From a bacterium (GTDB lineage: Bacteria > Verrucomicrobiota > Kiritimatiellia > CAIKKV01 > CAIYGI01): DNA of 64,000 nt. Where the stretch lies: the NCBI GenBank assembly GCA_025360745.1, contig JANYBP010000032.1, positions 2,574-66,573 of the forward strand, written 5' to 3'. Position 1 is the stretch's first letter. Each line of letters starts with the position of its first letter. The notes beneath the pieces are model-generated. The model was not told the origin of the DNA. It did no database searches and was given only the letters and a program-made list of their open reading frames with translations. Shown here piece after piece: positions 10,994-20,806 of this stretch. The position numbers were made by a program, and so were the translations under genes.

Positions 10994-12069
10994 ATCTGAG
11001 GAGGAACGTCAGGGTCCGGCGCGAACGTACGCGCGCCGCCGATAAAGTCCACGATCAACGCGTAACCGACGGCCAGCAGCGTGGGACCAAGGAAAACACC
11101 GATAAATCCAAAAGTCCAGATGCCGCCCAGCACGCCGAGCAGCGTCAGCACGAACGGCATGTTGGTGCCCCGGCTGATCAGCAGCGGACGGATCAAATTA
11201 TCCACGCCGCTGATGCCGATCAACCCATAGATGCCCATGAAAACGGCCCAGCCGATGTGATCCTGCGTCAGCAGCCAGACCGTGGCGCCGATCCACACCA
11301 GAGGCGGGCCGAAAGGAATGAACGACAGGAAGAATGTCAGCAGTCCAAGCAAAAACGGCATCGGCACACCTGCCAGCGTGAAACCGATCACCGCCACCAC
11401 GGCCTGCGCCAGCGCCGTGCCGAGCATGCCGTAGACCACCGCCTGAATCGTACTGCCGACCACGCCCACCAGATGCTGCGCCCGATCGCCGCCGATCCTG
11501 CGCACGGTTTCACGCAGGCGGGTCACCAATTGAACCCCGTCGCGATAGAGAAAAAAGGCGATGATCACGCTCATGGTGAGTTGGAAGACCCCTTCGCCGA
11601 TATCCATACTGCGCCGGAACGCCCAGGCGCGCATATTGTTGAATAGCGGGGCCAGGGTCTGCACCGAACCATGCGCCTGGCGCGCCCACTCATCCCAGGC
11701 CTCGTGCGCCGAGGCGCCCACCAGCGGCAACTGCGCCACCCACTCCGGCGGCGGCGGCGGACCGTTCTTGTGCAGTTCCGCCATGTAACGCACGCCCTGG
11801 CGGAAGTCGTCCGCGAAACTCAGCCCCGCGATCACGACCGGCAGCAGCATGCAAATCACGATCAGCGCCGTCGTAACCCCGGCGGCGGCTGTGCGTCGGC
11901 CGTGCATCGCCTGTAGCACGCGTTCATGCAGCGGCCAGGTCGCATAGCAGATAATGCCCGCCCACAAGACCGCCGATATGAAAGGCTGCATGACAACCAG
12001 ACAGCCCAGCACGATCAGCGCCAGCGCCGAGAATCCCGCAATCTGTTCCACACGCGAGAGGCGAATCAT
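10990..12069 (-). CDS. AI-2E family transporter (PerM-like permease)
   Basis: 359 aa polytopic membrane protein with the conserved AI-2E C-terminal region (PFVLTLLGVLGGIWTFGFIGVFLGP). Its stop overlaps the folC start. Confidence 0.7.
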   Translation of the reverse strand: MIRLSRVEQIAGFSALALIVLGCLVVMQPFISAVLWAGIICYATWPLHERVLQAMHGRRTAAAGVTTALIVICMLLPVVIAGLSFADDFRQGVRYMAELHKNGPPPPPEWVAQLPLVGASAHEAWDEWARQAHGSVQTLAPLFNNMRAWAFRRSMDIGEGVFQLTMSVIIAFFLYRDGVQLVTRLRETVRRIGGDRAQHLVGVVGSTIQAVVYGMLGTALAQAVVAVIGFTLAGVPMPFLLGLLTFFLSFIPFGPPLVWIGATVWLLTQDHIGWAVFMGIYGLIGISGVDNLIRPLLISRGTNMPFVLTLLGVLGGIWTFGFIGVFLGPTLLAVGYALIVDFIGGARTFAPDPDVPPQI

Positions 12070-12213
12070 AACTTTTCTCCCCCGCCTTTATAGCACGAAA
12101 GTTGAACGCCACGGTAGAAAGAAGCATTTAAAAAACATTACAATTACAAGTACTTTGTCTTGCAGAGTTATTTGCCGTATGTCAGAATTCGCTTGTCGCA
12201 AGGAGGGATACCC

Positions 12214-12840
12214 ATGATCGCCAGCCATATTCACGACGCGCTCGGGCAGGTTGACCGGCTGCGCGATCTGATTCTCGAACGTCGGCGTTTCCGCGGATAC
12301 TCAGGCACGGCGCGCATGCTGGGCGGCTGGGTTGCGCTTGCCTCCGCCTGTCTGCTCTCCCGCCTTGAGGCCCTTCACACTCCCCTGCGCCAACTTGCGG
12401 GTTGGGCCGCGGTGCTCGCCGCCGCGCTACTCCTGAACTACGGCGGACTGGCCCTCTGGGTTTTCCGGCGGCGCGGCACGGAGCAACTCCTCTCCGAGCT
12501 CCGTCCCGCCCTCGAAGTGCTGCCGGCGCTGGCCGTTGGCGCCTTTCTCAGCATCGCGCTGGTCTGGCACAGTCAATACGATCTGCTGTTCGGCGTTTGG
12601 ATGTGTCTCTATGGATTGGCGCACATGGGCTACCGCCACTCCCTGCCGGATGGGATTATCGCGGTGGGACTGTTCTATCAGGCGGCGGGCATCGTCTGTC
12701 TGCTCCTCCCAGGCCTGAGTTTCCTCAATCCCTGGCCGATGGGGCTGGTGTTTTTTGCCGGCGAGAACGCCGGCGGGTGGATTTTACGCGGCGGGCAATT
12801 TGCGGACCCGGCAACCACAAGCGAGCGCAGCGGGGAGTAA
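12214..12840 (+). CDS. Hypothetical integral membrane protein (4-5 TM)
   Basis: An AGGAGGG Shine-Dalgarno lies 6 nt upstream of the ATG at 12214. The protein has hydrophobic helices. It is the first gene of the plus-strand cluster. Confidence 0.5.
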   Translation: MIASHIHDALGQVDRLRDLILERRRFRGYSGTARMLGGWVALASACLLSRLEALHTPLRQLAGWAAVLAAALLLNYGGLALWVFRRRGTEQLLSELRPALEVLPALAVGAFLSIALVWHSQYDLLFGVWMCLYGLAHMGYRHSLPDGIIAVGLFYQAAGIVCLLLPGLSFLNPWPMGLVFFAGENAGGWILRGGQFADPATTSERSGE

Positions 12841-12847
12841 GCCGACC

Positions 12848-13228
12848 ATGAAACAGTCTTCAGAAACCGACACCAGCGCGCTGGAGCGCATCTTTCACGA
12901 GCCCAACCGGATGGCTATTTTGTCCGCCTTATGCGCGGCCAGCGAAGCGCTCACGTTCACGGAACTCAAAAGCCTGAGCGGACTGACTGACGGAAATCTC
13001 AGCCGGCACCTCAAGGCCCTGGATGAGGCGGGCGTGATCTGTATCCGCAAATTCTTTGTCGGGGTAAAACCACGGACCACCGTGGCGCTCACAGACAAGG
13101 GCCTGAAGCGCTTTGACGAGTATCTCCGCGCGCTCTCGGGTGTGCTGCGCAAAGCGCAGCAGGCGGTGGCCACGGATCGCCGGAAGGCCGCGATTATGCC
13201 GGCTATCGGAAAAAGAGCTTTTGCCTGA
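12848..13228 (+). CDS. Winged-helix (ArsR-like) transcriptional regulator
   Basis: 126 aa. IFHEPNRMAILSALCAASEALTFTELKSLSGLTDGNLSRHLKALDEAGVI is a typical wHTH recognition pattern. Confidence 0.6.
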   Translation: MKQSSETDTSALERIFHEPNRMAILSALCAASEALTFTELKSLSGLTDGNLSRHLKALDEAGVICIRKFFVGVKPRTTVALTDKGLKRFDEYLRALSGVLRKAQQAVATDRRKAAIMPAIGKRAFA

Positions 13229-14487
13229 TGAACAAAAACGCGCAAACGATTATGGGATGGTTTGGCGGCGCCGCGTTGCTGATCGGCATGCCTCTGCTCG
13301 GCGTCCGGCTTGCGGGCGGTCCGCTTGCGCCTTACCTCGAAATGCCGCCCCGCACAGACTTTGTCACGCACGCTCCGTTTTCATGGCCGGTTTTCCTGGG
13401 GCTGGCACTCTTTATCGTAATCGTGATCATGCCGTTCGTGCTCAAAATTATAAGTGGGCTGAGGATTGCAAATAGCATACCTACCACGGACGACACGGAG
13501 GTCGTCCCTCCATTATCGAATACAGGCCTACCCCCCCGTTTTCTGGAGGGTCGGGCTCCGTCCCGACCGTTCTTGTGGAAGTTATGTAAAAGGTCCATGT
13601 ACCTGGGTCGGCGTGATTCCAACATAACGGCTGCGCATTTTCCATACTGGGGCTGGCTGGCGATTTTTTTCGGGCTCTCGGCCTGGACGCTGGCGTGGAC
13701 ACGTTTCGCATGGTTCAAGCCGTTCCAGCCCTTCACATTCACGCCGCTCTGGCTGGCCTATATCGTCGTCATGAACGCCCTGGCTTTCCGGCGAACCGGC
13801 CGTTCGCCGCTCACCCACCAGACAGGCGCGTTTCTCGCCCTCTTTCCGCTCAGCGCCCTGTTTTGGTGGTTCTTCGAGTATCTCAACCGTTTTGTCCAAA
13901 ACTGGCATTACCTCGGTATCGGCGCGCTGACGGCAGAGGAGTATTTTCTACGCGCGACGCTCCCATTTGCGACGGTGCTGCCGGCCTTTGTCGCCACGCG
14001 CGCCTGGTTGGCCGGTTATCCGAAAGGATGGATCGGACTCGCCGACTGGAAACCTTTTACTACATATAATCCCCGTCGCCTGGCTTGCCTGGCCCTGACG
14101 GTGGCCGCCTTGGGCCTGGCAGGAATTGGCATCTGGCATGAGTTTCTTTTTCCCCTGCTTTGGGTCGCGCCGCTGATCGTCATCGCCTCGCTTCAAACCT
14201 TGTCGGGCAAGACGACCCTGCTGGCCGATCCGGCTCGTGGCGATTGGCGGCGGCTCGTAATGGCGGCGGTGACGGCGCTGATCTGCGGATTTTTCTGGGA
14301 GATGTGGAATGTCCTCAGCCTGGAAAAATGGATTTACACCGTGCCGTTCGTCGCCCGCTTTCATATCTTCGAAATGCCCCTGCTCGGCTATGCCGGCTAC
14401 CTGCCCTTCGGAATCGAATGCGCATTGATGGCGGAACTGGTCGGACTGACAGGAGAGGAGACCGCGCGTGAATATATCGCCGTTTAA
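13228..14487 (+). CDS. Hypothetical polytopic membrane protein that contains an in-frame low-GC hairpin-rich insert
   Basis: 419 aa with about 8 TM segments. The TGATG stop/start overlaps the regulator gene. Residues encoded by about 13455..13625 are non-protein-like and low in GC. Confidence 0.5.
   Translation: MNKNAQTIMGWFGGAALLIGMPLLGVRLAGGPLAPYLEMPPRTDFVTHAPFSWPVFLGLALFIVIVIMPFVLKIISGLRIANSIPTTDDTEVVPPLSNTGLPPRFLEGRAPSRPFLWKLCKRSMYLGRRDSNITAAHFPYWGWLAIFFGLSAWTLAWTRFAWFKPFQPFTFTPLWLAYIVVMNALAFRRTGRSPLTHQTGAFLALFPLSALFWWFFEYLNRFVQNWHYLGIGALTAEEYFLRATLPFATVLPAFVATRAWLAGYPKGWIGLADWKPFTTYNPRRLACLALTVAALGLAGIGIWHEFLFPLLWVAPLIVIASLQTLSGKTTLLADPARGDWRRLVMAAVTALICGFFWEMWNVLSLEKWIYTVPFVARFHIFEMPLLGYAGYLPFGIECALMAELVGLTGEETAREYIAV
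13485..13512. repeat. 28-nt hairpin motif CACGGACGACACGGAGGTCGTCCCTCCA (copy 1). An identical copy lies at 58778..58805.
   Basis: Exact 28/28 match at two sites 45 kb apart. It forms a 7-bp stem (GGACGAC/GTCGTCC) with a 6-nt loop. Confidence 0.85.
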
Positions 14488-15985
14488 AGCAACCTTCATG
14501 CGTCGCGTCAATGCGGCCATCATGATCGGGGTGGCGGTGTGGTTCTTCATCCTGCCGGGCGCGATTCTGACCTGGGATCTCGGCGATCCGGCGCTCCGTC
14601 AACCTGTCGGCATCCCGCGCGCGGCCTGGCGTGTGCACCGCCATCTCACTCCGCGTTACGAGCGCTGGGCCCGCGAGCGCATGGCGTCCGGCAAGGCCGC
14701 GCGGGTCGAACTGCGCGATGTGATGGCCACCGAATGGGCCATGTTCGGTTCCGTGTTCTATCTCGCGGCCACCGAAAATTTGCAGCGGGAATGGTCCCGG
14801 CGCCCCGGCCGTCCGGCGGCCACGGCGCCAGCCGTCTATGCGCGCGGCGCCATTGAGGCGGCCACCGACCTGGTCCTCGATCCCACCCACCATACCTGGG
14901 TTCGCACCCACTGGGGCGCCGATTACCTGCATCGCGAAAATGTCTTCTTCCGGGCCATGCTGATTCAGGCCATGGTTGCGCGGGAAAACCTGATCCGCGA
15001 CGGCCGGGATCTGATCCCGTTGCGGGACCAGGTGAAGTCGTTGTCCGCCGCGCTCGATGCCTCACCTTACGGGCTCCTGAACGACTATCCCGAAGAATGT
15101 TACCCCATCGATGTCTTCGCGGCCGTGGCCATGATCCGGCGGGCCGATGCCCTGTTGGGGACCGATCACCGCGCCTTTGCCGAACGCGAACGGCGCGCCT
15201 TCCATGGAACGCTGCTGGACGGCTGCGGGTTGCCCGGCTATTTCGCCTATCCCGAAACCGGCATTCTGGAGGCTCCGTCGCGCGGCATCGGCAATTCCTA
15301 CGTCTGTGTCTATTGCCCGGAACTGTATCCCGATCTGGCGACTGATTGGTATGACCGCTATGTGAAGAATTTTTGGCAAGAGCGGCTGGGCGCCGCCGGG
15401 TTCCGGGAATACGCGCGCGATATTCCCCGGAAAGATTGGTTTTATGACGTGGATGCCGGACCGGTGATCGCCGGATTCGGACCGGCGGCCAATGCCTATG
15501 GCGTCGCCGCCGCGCGCGCCAACGGCCGCTTCGACGATGCCTGGACGCTTTCCGCGCAGGTGCTCGCCGCCGCCTGGCCATTGCCCGGCGGCGCCTGGTT
15601 GGGCGCGCGCATTCTCTCCAACGCCGCCCACGCCCCCTATCTCGGCGAGGCCAACCTGCTCTTTCTCTTCACCACCATGCCCGCTCAGGGCGCGACGATT
15701 CGAACCGGCGGATATATGCCGCCATTTGTTTACGGCTTCCTCCTGATATATTTCGGACTCGGCCTGGCCGTTCTAATCGGATCGATCCGCAACCTGCGAA
15801 ACGCGCCAGCGATGCCGATTCCACCCCGCTGTTCGCTTCAATTCGCCCTCTGGTTGGTTCTTTTGGCCGACGGATCGATCCTGCTCGCGACTGATCAATC
15901 TGCAAGCGGATTCATCATGCTGCTGCTCTCGCAATTCCTCCCGCGTTCTGACCGGGCGCCCCAACCGCCGAAAGCGCGGCCATGA
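14468..15985 (+). CDS. Hypothetical protein with one N-terminal TM, a large soluble middle region, and a C-terminal TM bundle
   Basis: 505 aa ORF in the same operon-like array. No recognisable catalytic motif. Confidence 0.45.
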   Translation: MNISPFKATFMRRVNAAIMIGVAVWFFILPGAILTWDLGDPALRQPVGIPRAAWRVHRHLTPRYERWARERMASGKAARVELRDVMATEWAMFGSVFYLAATENLQREWSRRPGRPAATAPAVYARGAIEAATDLVLDPTHHTWVRTHWGADYLHRENVFFRAMLIQAMVARENLIRDGRDLIPLRDQVKSLSAALDASPYGLLNDYPEECYPIDVFAAVAMIRRADALLGTDHRAFAERERRAFHGTLLDGCGLPGYFAYPETGILEAPSRGIGNSYVCVYCPELYPDLATDWYDRYVKNFWQERLGAAGFREYARDIPRKDWFYDVDAGPVIAGFGPAANAYGVAAARANGRFDDAWTLSAQVLAAAWPLPGGAWLGARILSNAAHAPYLGEANLLFLFTTMPAQGATIRTGGYMPPFVYGFLLIYFGLGLAVLIGSIRNLRNAPAMPIPPRCSLQFALWLVLLADGSILLATDQSASGFIMLLLSQFLPRSDRAPQPPKARP

Positions 15986-16605
15986 CAATCCATCCACATT
16001 CTAAAATCGCCCTTGTCCCCTTCGAGCCCCCCAGTGCGGCAACTGACTCACATACCTCGGACTTCGAGGTATGCCCGCGCTCGACATCTCCAATTAACCG
16101 TTGGATCGCGGCAATTGCCTCCGCGACAGGCTTGATGATTCCGCTATGGTTGTTGTACGACAGTGGCGATGCCGGAATTGCACCCGTGATATTTCTATTC
16201 AGCGGTTATGCATTTTCGATGCGTCCCGTCATTACAGGCGGAGCATTGGATCAGCCCAGCCTTTTCAAGGAACTGTTCATTCTCGGCTATTCCCTGCTGG
16301 CGATATGTCCCTGCATAGCCTTCGTGCGGCGGCTTAATAGCAGAACTCATCGAATCGTCCGTTCGATATTCGCGATCTTGTCGTTGATAATCCTGCTGCA
16401 TCCGTTGTCGATTCTCACAATCTACACGTATGACGTTTCCCGTTATACCCTTCAGATGGGCGTAACTCCTAAACGCCTGCTGGGGCTGGCATTGGGGTTG
16501 TCCGTTTTCGTTGCAATGTCGTGCTTTGTGCTGTGGATTTGCCGTCCAAACACGAGAAAATTCGCACAATATGCGCAGTGGACGGTCGCGGCTATTGAAA
16601 ACTGA
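15982..16605 (+). CDS. Hypothetical integral membrane protein, lower GC than its neighbours
   Basis: 207 aa with 4-5 hydrophobic helices. GC is about 50%, against more than 60% in the flanking genes. Confidence 0.4.
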   Translation: MTIHPHSKIALVPFEPPSAATDSHTSDFEVCPRSTSPINRWIAAIASATGLMIPLWLLYDSGDAGIAPVIFLFSGYAFSMRPVITGGALDQPSLFKELFILGYSLLAICPCIAFVRRLNSRTHRIVRSIFAILSLIILLHPLSILTIYTYDVSRYTLQMGVTPKRLLGLALGLSVFVAMSCFVLWICRPNTRKFAQYAQWTVAAIEN

Positions 16606-16645
16606 TGTTCAATCGGACTCGCAAATTTCAAAAAGATTATCCCTC

Positions 16646-17185
16646 ATGACCAAGATAGCACGATGGGGTACAGGCATTCTTGCGGCGGTAATCCTGATGA
16701 CAATTAGCGGTTCGTTAACCATCTCCGCCATTGTCAAACGGCAAGCCTTTTGCGCCCCAGCGGCGCAGCTGGCCGGACTTCTGTCCGGCGCGCCCTGCGT
16801 GACAAGTGGCGAGGACTACCGTTTGATCGGTTCCGGATTGGATCTGACCGTGGCGCCCGCCTGTGCGGCGGTGGATTATTTTTGCCTGATGACGGGATTT
16901 CTCAGTCTGCTGATGACGTGGCGCGGTTTCAGGATTCGCGCGCAGTTTCTGGTGCTGCCGCTGGCCTGGTTGCTGACGATCGCCGTCAACGCCATGCGCC
17001 TGACCGCCTGCTGGCAGGCCGACCGCATTGCGCAAACCTTCCTGCCCCAGCCGGTCTGGACGGCAACCCACATGGCGGTTGGTATCGTCACCTTTCTGGT
17101 GGGGCTGACGCTGGTCTTTTGGTTGATGACATGGAGCGGAACGAAACACGGGGAGGAAAGACATCATGAATCAGGCAAACAATGA
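16646..17185 (+). CDS. Exosortase/archaeosortase-family-like small membrane protein
   Basis: 179 aa with 4 TM. It has a Cys in a TVAPACAAVDYFCLM context (resembling the exosortase active-site Cys motif) and an AVNAMRLT (N-x-x-R) motif, which resembles the exosortase catalytic core. It is much shorter than typical EpsH. Confidence 0.4.
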   Translation: MTKIARWGTGILAAVILMTISGSLTISAIVKRQAFCAPAAQLAGLLSGAPCVTSGEDYRLIGSGLDLTVAPACAAVDYFCLMTGFLSLLMTWRGFRIRAQFLVLPLAWLLTIAVNAMRLTACWQADRIAQTFLPQPVWTATHMAVGIVTFLVGLTLVFWLMTWSGTKHGEERHHESGKQ

Positions 17186-20114
17186 ACACGCAGGCGCATT
17201 GAGATCCGCATGGCTGGGCTGGGCCTGGGTTCTACCACAGGTCATTCTAGGCTTCCTCAACTGGCATGCCTGGGTACTGGTGCGGGGCGACATGACCCCG
17301 CTCCAACATACGCAGGCGCTGCGCATCGGAATCTTCGAAGCGCTGTTGCTGGCATTCGGTTGTCTGGCCTGGGCGACACAAACGTGGCGGCGAAAACCGA
17401 TCGGCATTGGTCTGGCCTTGGCGGCTATCGCCGCGCATACCGGCTATCTCTGGCTGCTGCTATACAATATGGACCATTTGCTGCCGACGACGGTCGCCGT
17501 TTGGATGTTTCCAGAAACGGAGCTGATATTTTATCAATTCTCGCTCATGATGCCTGTGATATTCCTGATGTTCGTGCGCCTGGCGCGGATCGAGTTGCGG
17601 TTATCCACCCCCGTGGATGTTGGACTTTCGCTGGCGAGTCTGGTTGTGATCCCCGCCGGATCATTCATCTTCGGTTCGCTGCTGGTCCGAATCGCACGCA
17701 TCATCGCGTGGAAAGAAGGCGTTCAGACGCTTTTGATCGCGGCCATCGTGGCGGGCACCGCTTTCATTTTGGTGGTCTTCCTTAGACTATTACTCCGGCT
17801 TCACGATCTGATTCAAAGCAAGCGCTGGTCCGAATGGGCCGTGCCCCTCGCCGCCGGGGTGGCGGCGCCCCTGGCCGGACTGGCGCTCAACGCCACCATC
17901 CCCTTCCCCTACGACTTCCAGGACACGGCGGTTTACGTCATGGCCATCCTGAATGGCGCGGCGCTGCTGATTCCCTTCCGGATGGGAACCCGCTGGGCGC
18001 TGCCGGGTTGGGCCGCCCGCGCCGCATTTTATCCCTTCACGGTCTATTTCTTCCTCGTCTTTCTCCCATTCCTGCCGCTTTCCCTGCTTGCCATGATCGC
18101 GGCCGGCGCGGGGTTCCTGATCCTCGCACCGCTCTTCCTCTTCGTGGTCCACACCCGCCGCCTGTGGGAACAGGGCGGCGCGCTGGCCGCGCGCTATGGA
18201 GCAGCCCGCATGGCGGCGGCATTCGCCGCCTGCATCCTTCTTCTACCCGCCGCGTTCATGCTGCGCAACGAGGCGGACCGCCGCACTCTGAACCATGCCA
18301 CGAATGCCGTCTTCAGTCCGAACTATGCCGCCACCCGCATCCCGATCCGCGGCGCGCCGCTGCGCCGGGCGCTGGATCGTATGGACGACATGAAACACGG
18401 CATTTATCTGCCCTATCTTTCCGACATCTACAATACGATGGTCTTTCACGGCATGGTTTTGCCGGATGAAAAAGCCAAACTGATACAACAATGCCTGCTT
18501 GGCGCTGTACGCGACGAAAAATCGCGCGCCGGAATTTGGGAAAACGGTTTTTTCGGCGGTCGCCGCCGGAACGAGCGCCGCATCCGCGGCGGCGGCGTCA
18601 GCCATCAGGTCGTGGTGGCATCGCATGCTGAGGAGCGACGGCAAACCAATGGAGTCGCGGAAGTCGAGGTGCGGTTCGAGCTCGAAAATCGCGGTGGTGC
18701 GAACGGCGAATTCTCGGAACGAATCGCGCTCCCCGAGGGTGTGCTGGTGACCGGTTTCTGGCTGGATGTCAACGGCGTCCACAAACCCGCCCAGTTCCGC
18801 GAGCGCAAAACGGCGACCTGGGTCTATGAAATGATTCGCGACATGACCCGGCGCGACCCCGGACTGCTGGTTTATGAAGATGACCGGCGCCTGCGGCTGC
18901 GCGTCTATCCCTTCGCGGCGGGCGAAAAACGCAACTGCGGAATGCGTTTCCGTTTCCCAACCGCTTTGCAGCCGTCAATCGAGTTCGCGGACAGCGCGAT
19001 CGCCCTGAGCGGCGCCGCGACTGAAACTCCTCCACCCATGGCGGTCTGTGCGGCTATGACAAATGGCGCCAGCGCGCTCGCAATACCAACCAAGGCCGCC
19101 GCCGGTTGGCCTTCCTTCCGGCGCGAGGTGGCGGCGTATCTGATTCTGGACCGGTCGGCCTGTGCCGGCACCAACCGGGCGGCTGTTGTCGCCCGCGCAC
19201 GCAGCGCCCTGGCGAATTTGCCATCCTCCATCAAGCTGGTGCACATCACCTGGGCCAATTATGAACAGGAGGATCTGCCTGGCGAACCAATGTCGCGCGA
19301 AGCCGCCACACGCGCCCTGGACCGCCTTCCCTCCATTCCGTTTCGCGGCGGTTTCTGTCCCGAGCGGGTCATAGCGCGGGTCTTGCTCGCCGACAGCCGT
19401 GCGCGTGCGCCACGAATTCCTCAGCCCTCGGGTTTTGCGCCGCTTTTTGTGGTCATCCCCGCTCCAGGCTCGACGCCGCTGTATGCCGACGGCCTGGCCT
19501 CCTTCGCGCGGCTGGCGCCGGATCTTCCGGCTTACGCGGTTTTTGACGGCAACCGGTTGGAGCGCATTGCGTTCGACCATGCCGCCAGAAACATCGTCCA
19601 ATTCTCCGATTTCATTCCGGCGGATGCCGTGGCGATACGGAACGGGGAGATTTCGACAATTGTGGTTGCGCATTCCGACAGTCTGGCTTTTGCACCTGGG
19701 GCCGCATCCGGTTGGCAACTATGGAACCCCGTATCCGGTAATTTCGAAACTATGGCAGGGCTTACCACCTGCACCGATCGGTCATATTTGGCGGGCCTGG
19801 CGCTATGGTCGCGTCATCGTGCACTTAACTGTGCCCCGGATAAGTTGGACGCGGCGCTGCCGGAACTGGTCAAAGATACGCGTGAAGCGGGCGTGCTCAT
19901 ACCGGAGGCGGCCTTGATTGTGGTTGAAACCAAAGCCCAGGAAGTAATGTTGTCCCGTAAAGAGCGCCAATCGCTGGCGGCCAATAATGCCCTGGAATTC
20001 GACGAGGCAAAATCCGAAAAGGCGCCAGCGCCACCAGTGGTCTGGCTGATCGTCCCGGTCATCTGGCTATTGTGGCGCAAGCAATCGGCCCGCACAATCT
20101 TCCAGCGCTTTTGA
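17166..20114 (+). CDS. Large membrane protein: N-terminal polytopic domain, a VIT-like domain, and a C-terminal TM/basic anchor (putative exosortase-system substrate, XrtN-VIT-like)
   Basis: 982 aa. The first 340 aa or so are multi-TM. A VIT-like segment follows (VAEVEVRFELENRG..FSERIALPEGVLVTGFWLDVNGV..AQFRERKTATWVYE). The C-terminus is ...SEKAPAPPVVWLIVPVIWLLWRKQSART, a sorting-signal-like TM plus Arg/Lys tail. Confidence 0.55.
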   Translation: MNQANNEHAGALRSAWLGWAWVLPQVILGFLNWHAWVLVRGDMTPLQHTQALRIGIFEALLLAFGCLAWATQTWRRKPIGIGLALAAIAAHTGYLWLLLYNMDHLLPTTVAVWMFPETELIFYQFSLMMPVIFLMFVRLARIELRLSTPVDVGLSLASLVVIPAGSFIFGSLLVRIARIIAWKEGVQTLLIAAIVAGTAFILVVFLRLLLRLHDLIQSKRWSEWAVPLAAGVAAPLAGLALNATIPFPYDFQDTAVYVMAILNGAALLIPFRMGTRWALPGWAARAAFYPFTVYFFLVFLPFLPLSLLAMIAAGAGFLILAPLFLFVVHTRRLWEQGGALAARYGAARMAAAFAACILLLPAAFMLRNEADRRTLNHATNAVFSPNYAATRIPIRGAPLRRALDRMDDMKHGIYLPYLSDIYNTMVFHGMVLPDEKAKLIQQCLLGAVRDEKSRAGIWENGFFGGRRRNERRIRGGGVSHQVVVASHAEERRQTNGVAEVEVRFELENRGGANGEFSERIALPEGVLVTGFWLDVNGVHKPAQFRERKTATWVYEMIRDMTRRDPGLLVYEDDRRLRLRVYPFAAGEKRNCGMRFRFPTALQPSIEFADSAIALSGAATETPPPMAVCAAMTNGASALAIPTKAAAGWPSFRREVAAYLILDRSACAGTNRAAVVARARSALANLPSSIKLVHITWANYEQEDLPGEPMSREAATRALDRLPSIPFRGGFCPERVIARVLLADSRARAPRIPQPSGFAPLFVVIPAPGSTPLYADGLASFARLAPDLPAYAVFDGNRLERIAFDHAARNIVQFSDFIPADAVAIRNGEISTIVVAHSDSLAFAPGAASGWQLWNPVSGNFETMAGLTTCTDRSYLAGLALWSRHRALNCAPDKLDAALPELVKDTREAGVLIPEAALIVVETKAQEVMLSRKERQSLAANNALEFDEAKSEKAPAPPVVWLIVPVIWLLWRKQSARTIFQRF

Positions 20115-20183
20115 AATACACAGCCCTATTGCGATAACTATTCAATAGCCTAACAGCCTGCAGCCTAAACTGCTTCAGCCTTA

Positions 20184-20202
20184 GCGTCCCTGCGGGACGC
20201 CA
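20184..20202. terminator. Stem-loop AGCGTCCC-TGC-GGGACGC between convergent genes
   Basis: Perfect 7-8 bp GC stem 70 nt after the stop of the VIT-domain gene. It has no T-tract, so it could be a bidirectional or factor-dependent terminator. Confidence 0.35.
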
Positions 20203-20350
20203 GTGATTTCATTCTAAGCCACTTCTCGCGCAGTGCGACAGCCGCAAATGCATGACACGCCCAGAAAGTGGCGATGACGGGGACAACCACGAGGGCAGCA
20301 GCATGTCCAGATGGAACCACCGCACGAAGCAGGCTCTCCTGGATCGCGAC

Positions 20351-20806
20351 TCATTTGATCTTGCGGCGACGTTCCAATTCCTCAACATCCACCTTGTCCT
20401 TGCCACGCCCGGTTGCGGATTTATTCCGAACCAAGTCCTCATAACCGATAAATGGCACGTCAAGTTCATCAACCCGCATGGTTTGACGCCGATCATAGGC
20501 ATCATCGAAGGAGACCCCCGAAATGGCGTTCATCACCTGAAGTTTCAGAGGCTCGTGCCCGACCTCTACAATGCTCTTCGGAATGAGAAATGCGCTGGCG
20601 TCCAGATCGTCTTTCGAGAAACCGAATTCGTAAAAAGCGTCGGCGACAGCTTCCGCCGTTTGTGAATCGAAGGCAATAAAAACATCGAGATCGCCCGTAT
20701 AACGTGGGTAGCCGTAAACAGCGACCGCGTAACCGCCAACAACCAGATGTCGAACCTTATGCTTGGCGAGTAATCCCAAGAAATCTCGAAAGTCTTTGTG
20801 TAGCAT
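20351..20806 (-). CDS. Minimal nucleotidyltransferase (Pol-beta superfamily, DUF6036-like)
   Basis: 151 aa. VVGGYAVAVYGYPRYTGDLDVFI carries the GG..(x)n..DxD NTase signature. Confidence 0.7.
   Translation of the reverse strand: MLHKDFRDFLGLLAKHKVRHLVVGGYAVAVYGYPRYTGDLDVFIAFDSQTAEAVADAFYEFGFSKDDLDASAFLIPKSIVEVGHEPLKLQVMNAISGVSFDDAYDRRQTMRVDELDVPFIGYEDLVRNKSATGRGKDKVDVEELERRRKIK

Noticed and set aside
13485-13512. tRNA 3'-end-like fragment (..GTCGTCCCTCCA)
   Set aside because: There is no acceptor/T-arm geometry or full tRNA context. The identical copy elsewhere points to a repeat motif instead.
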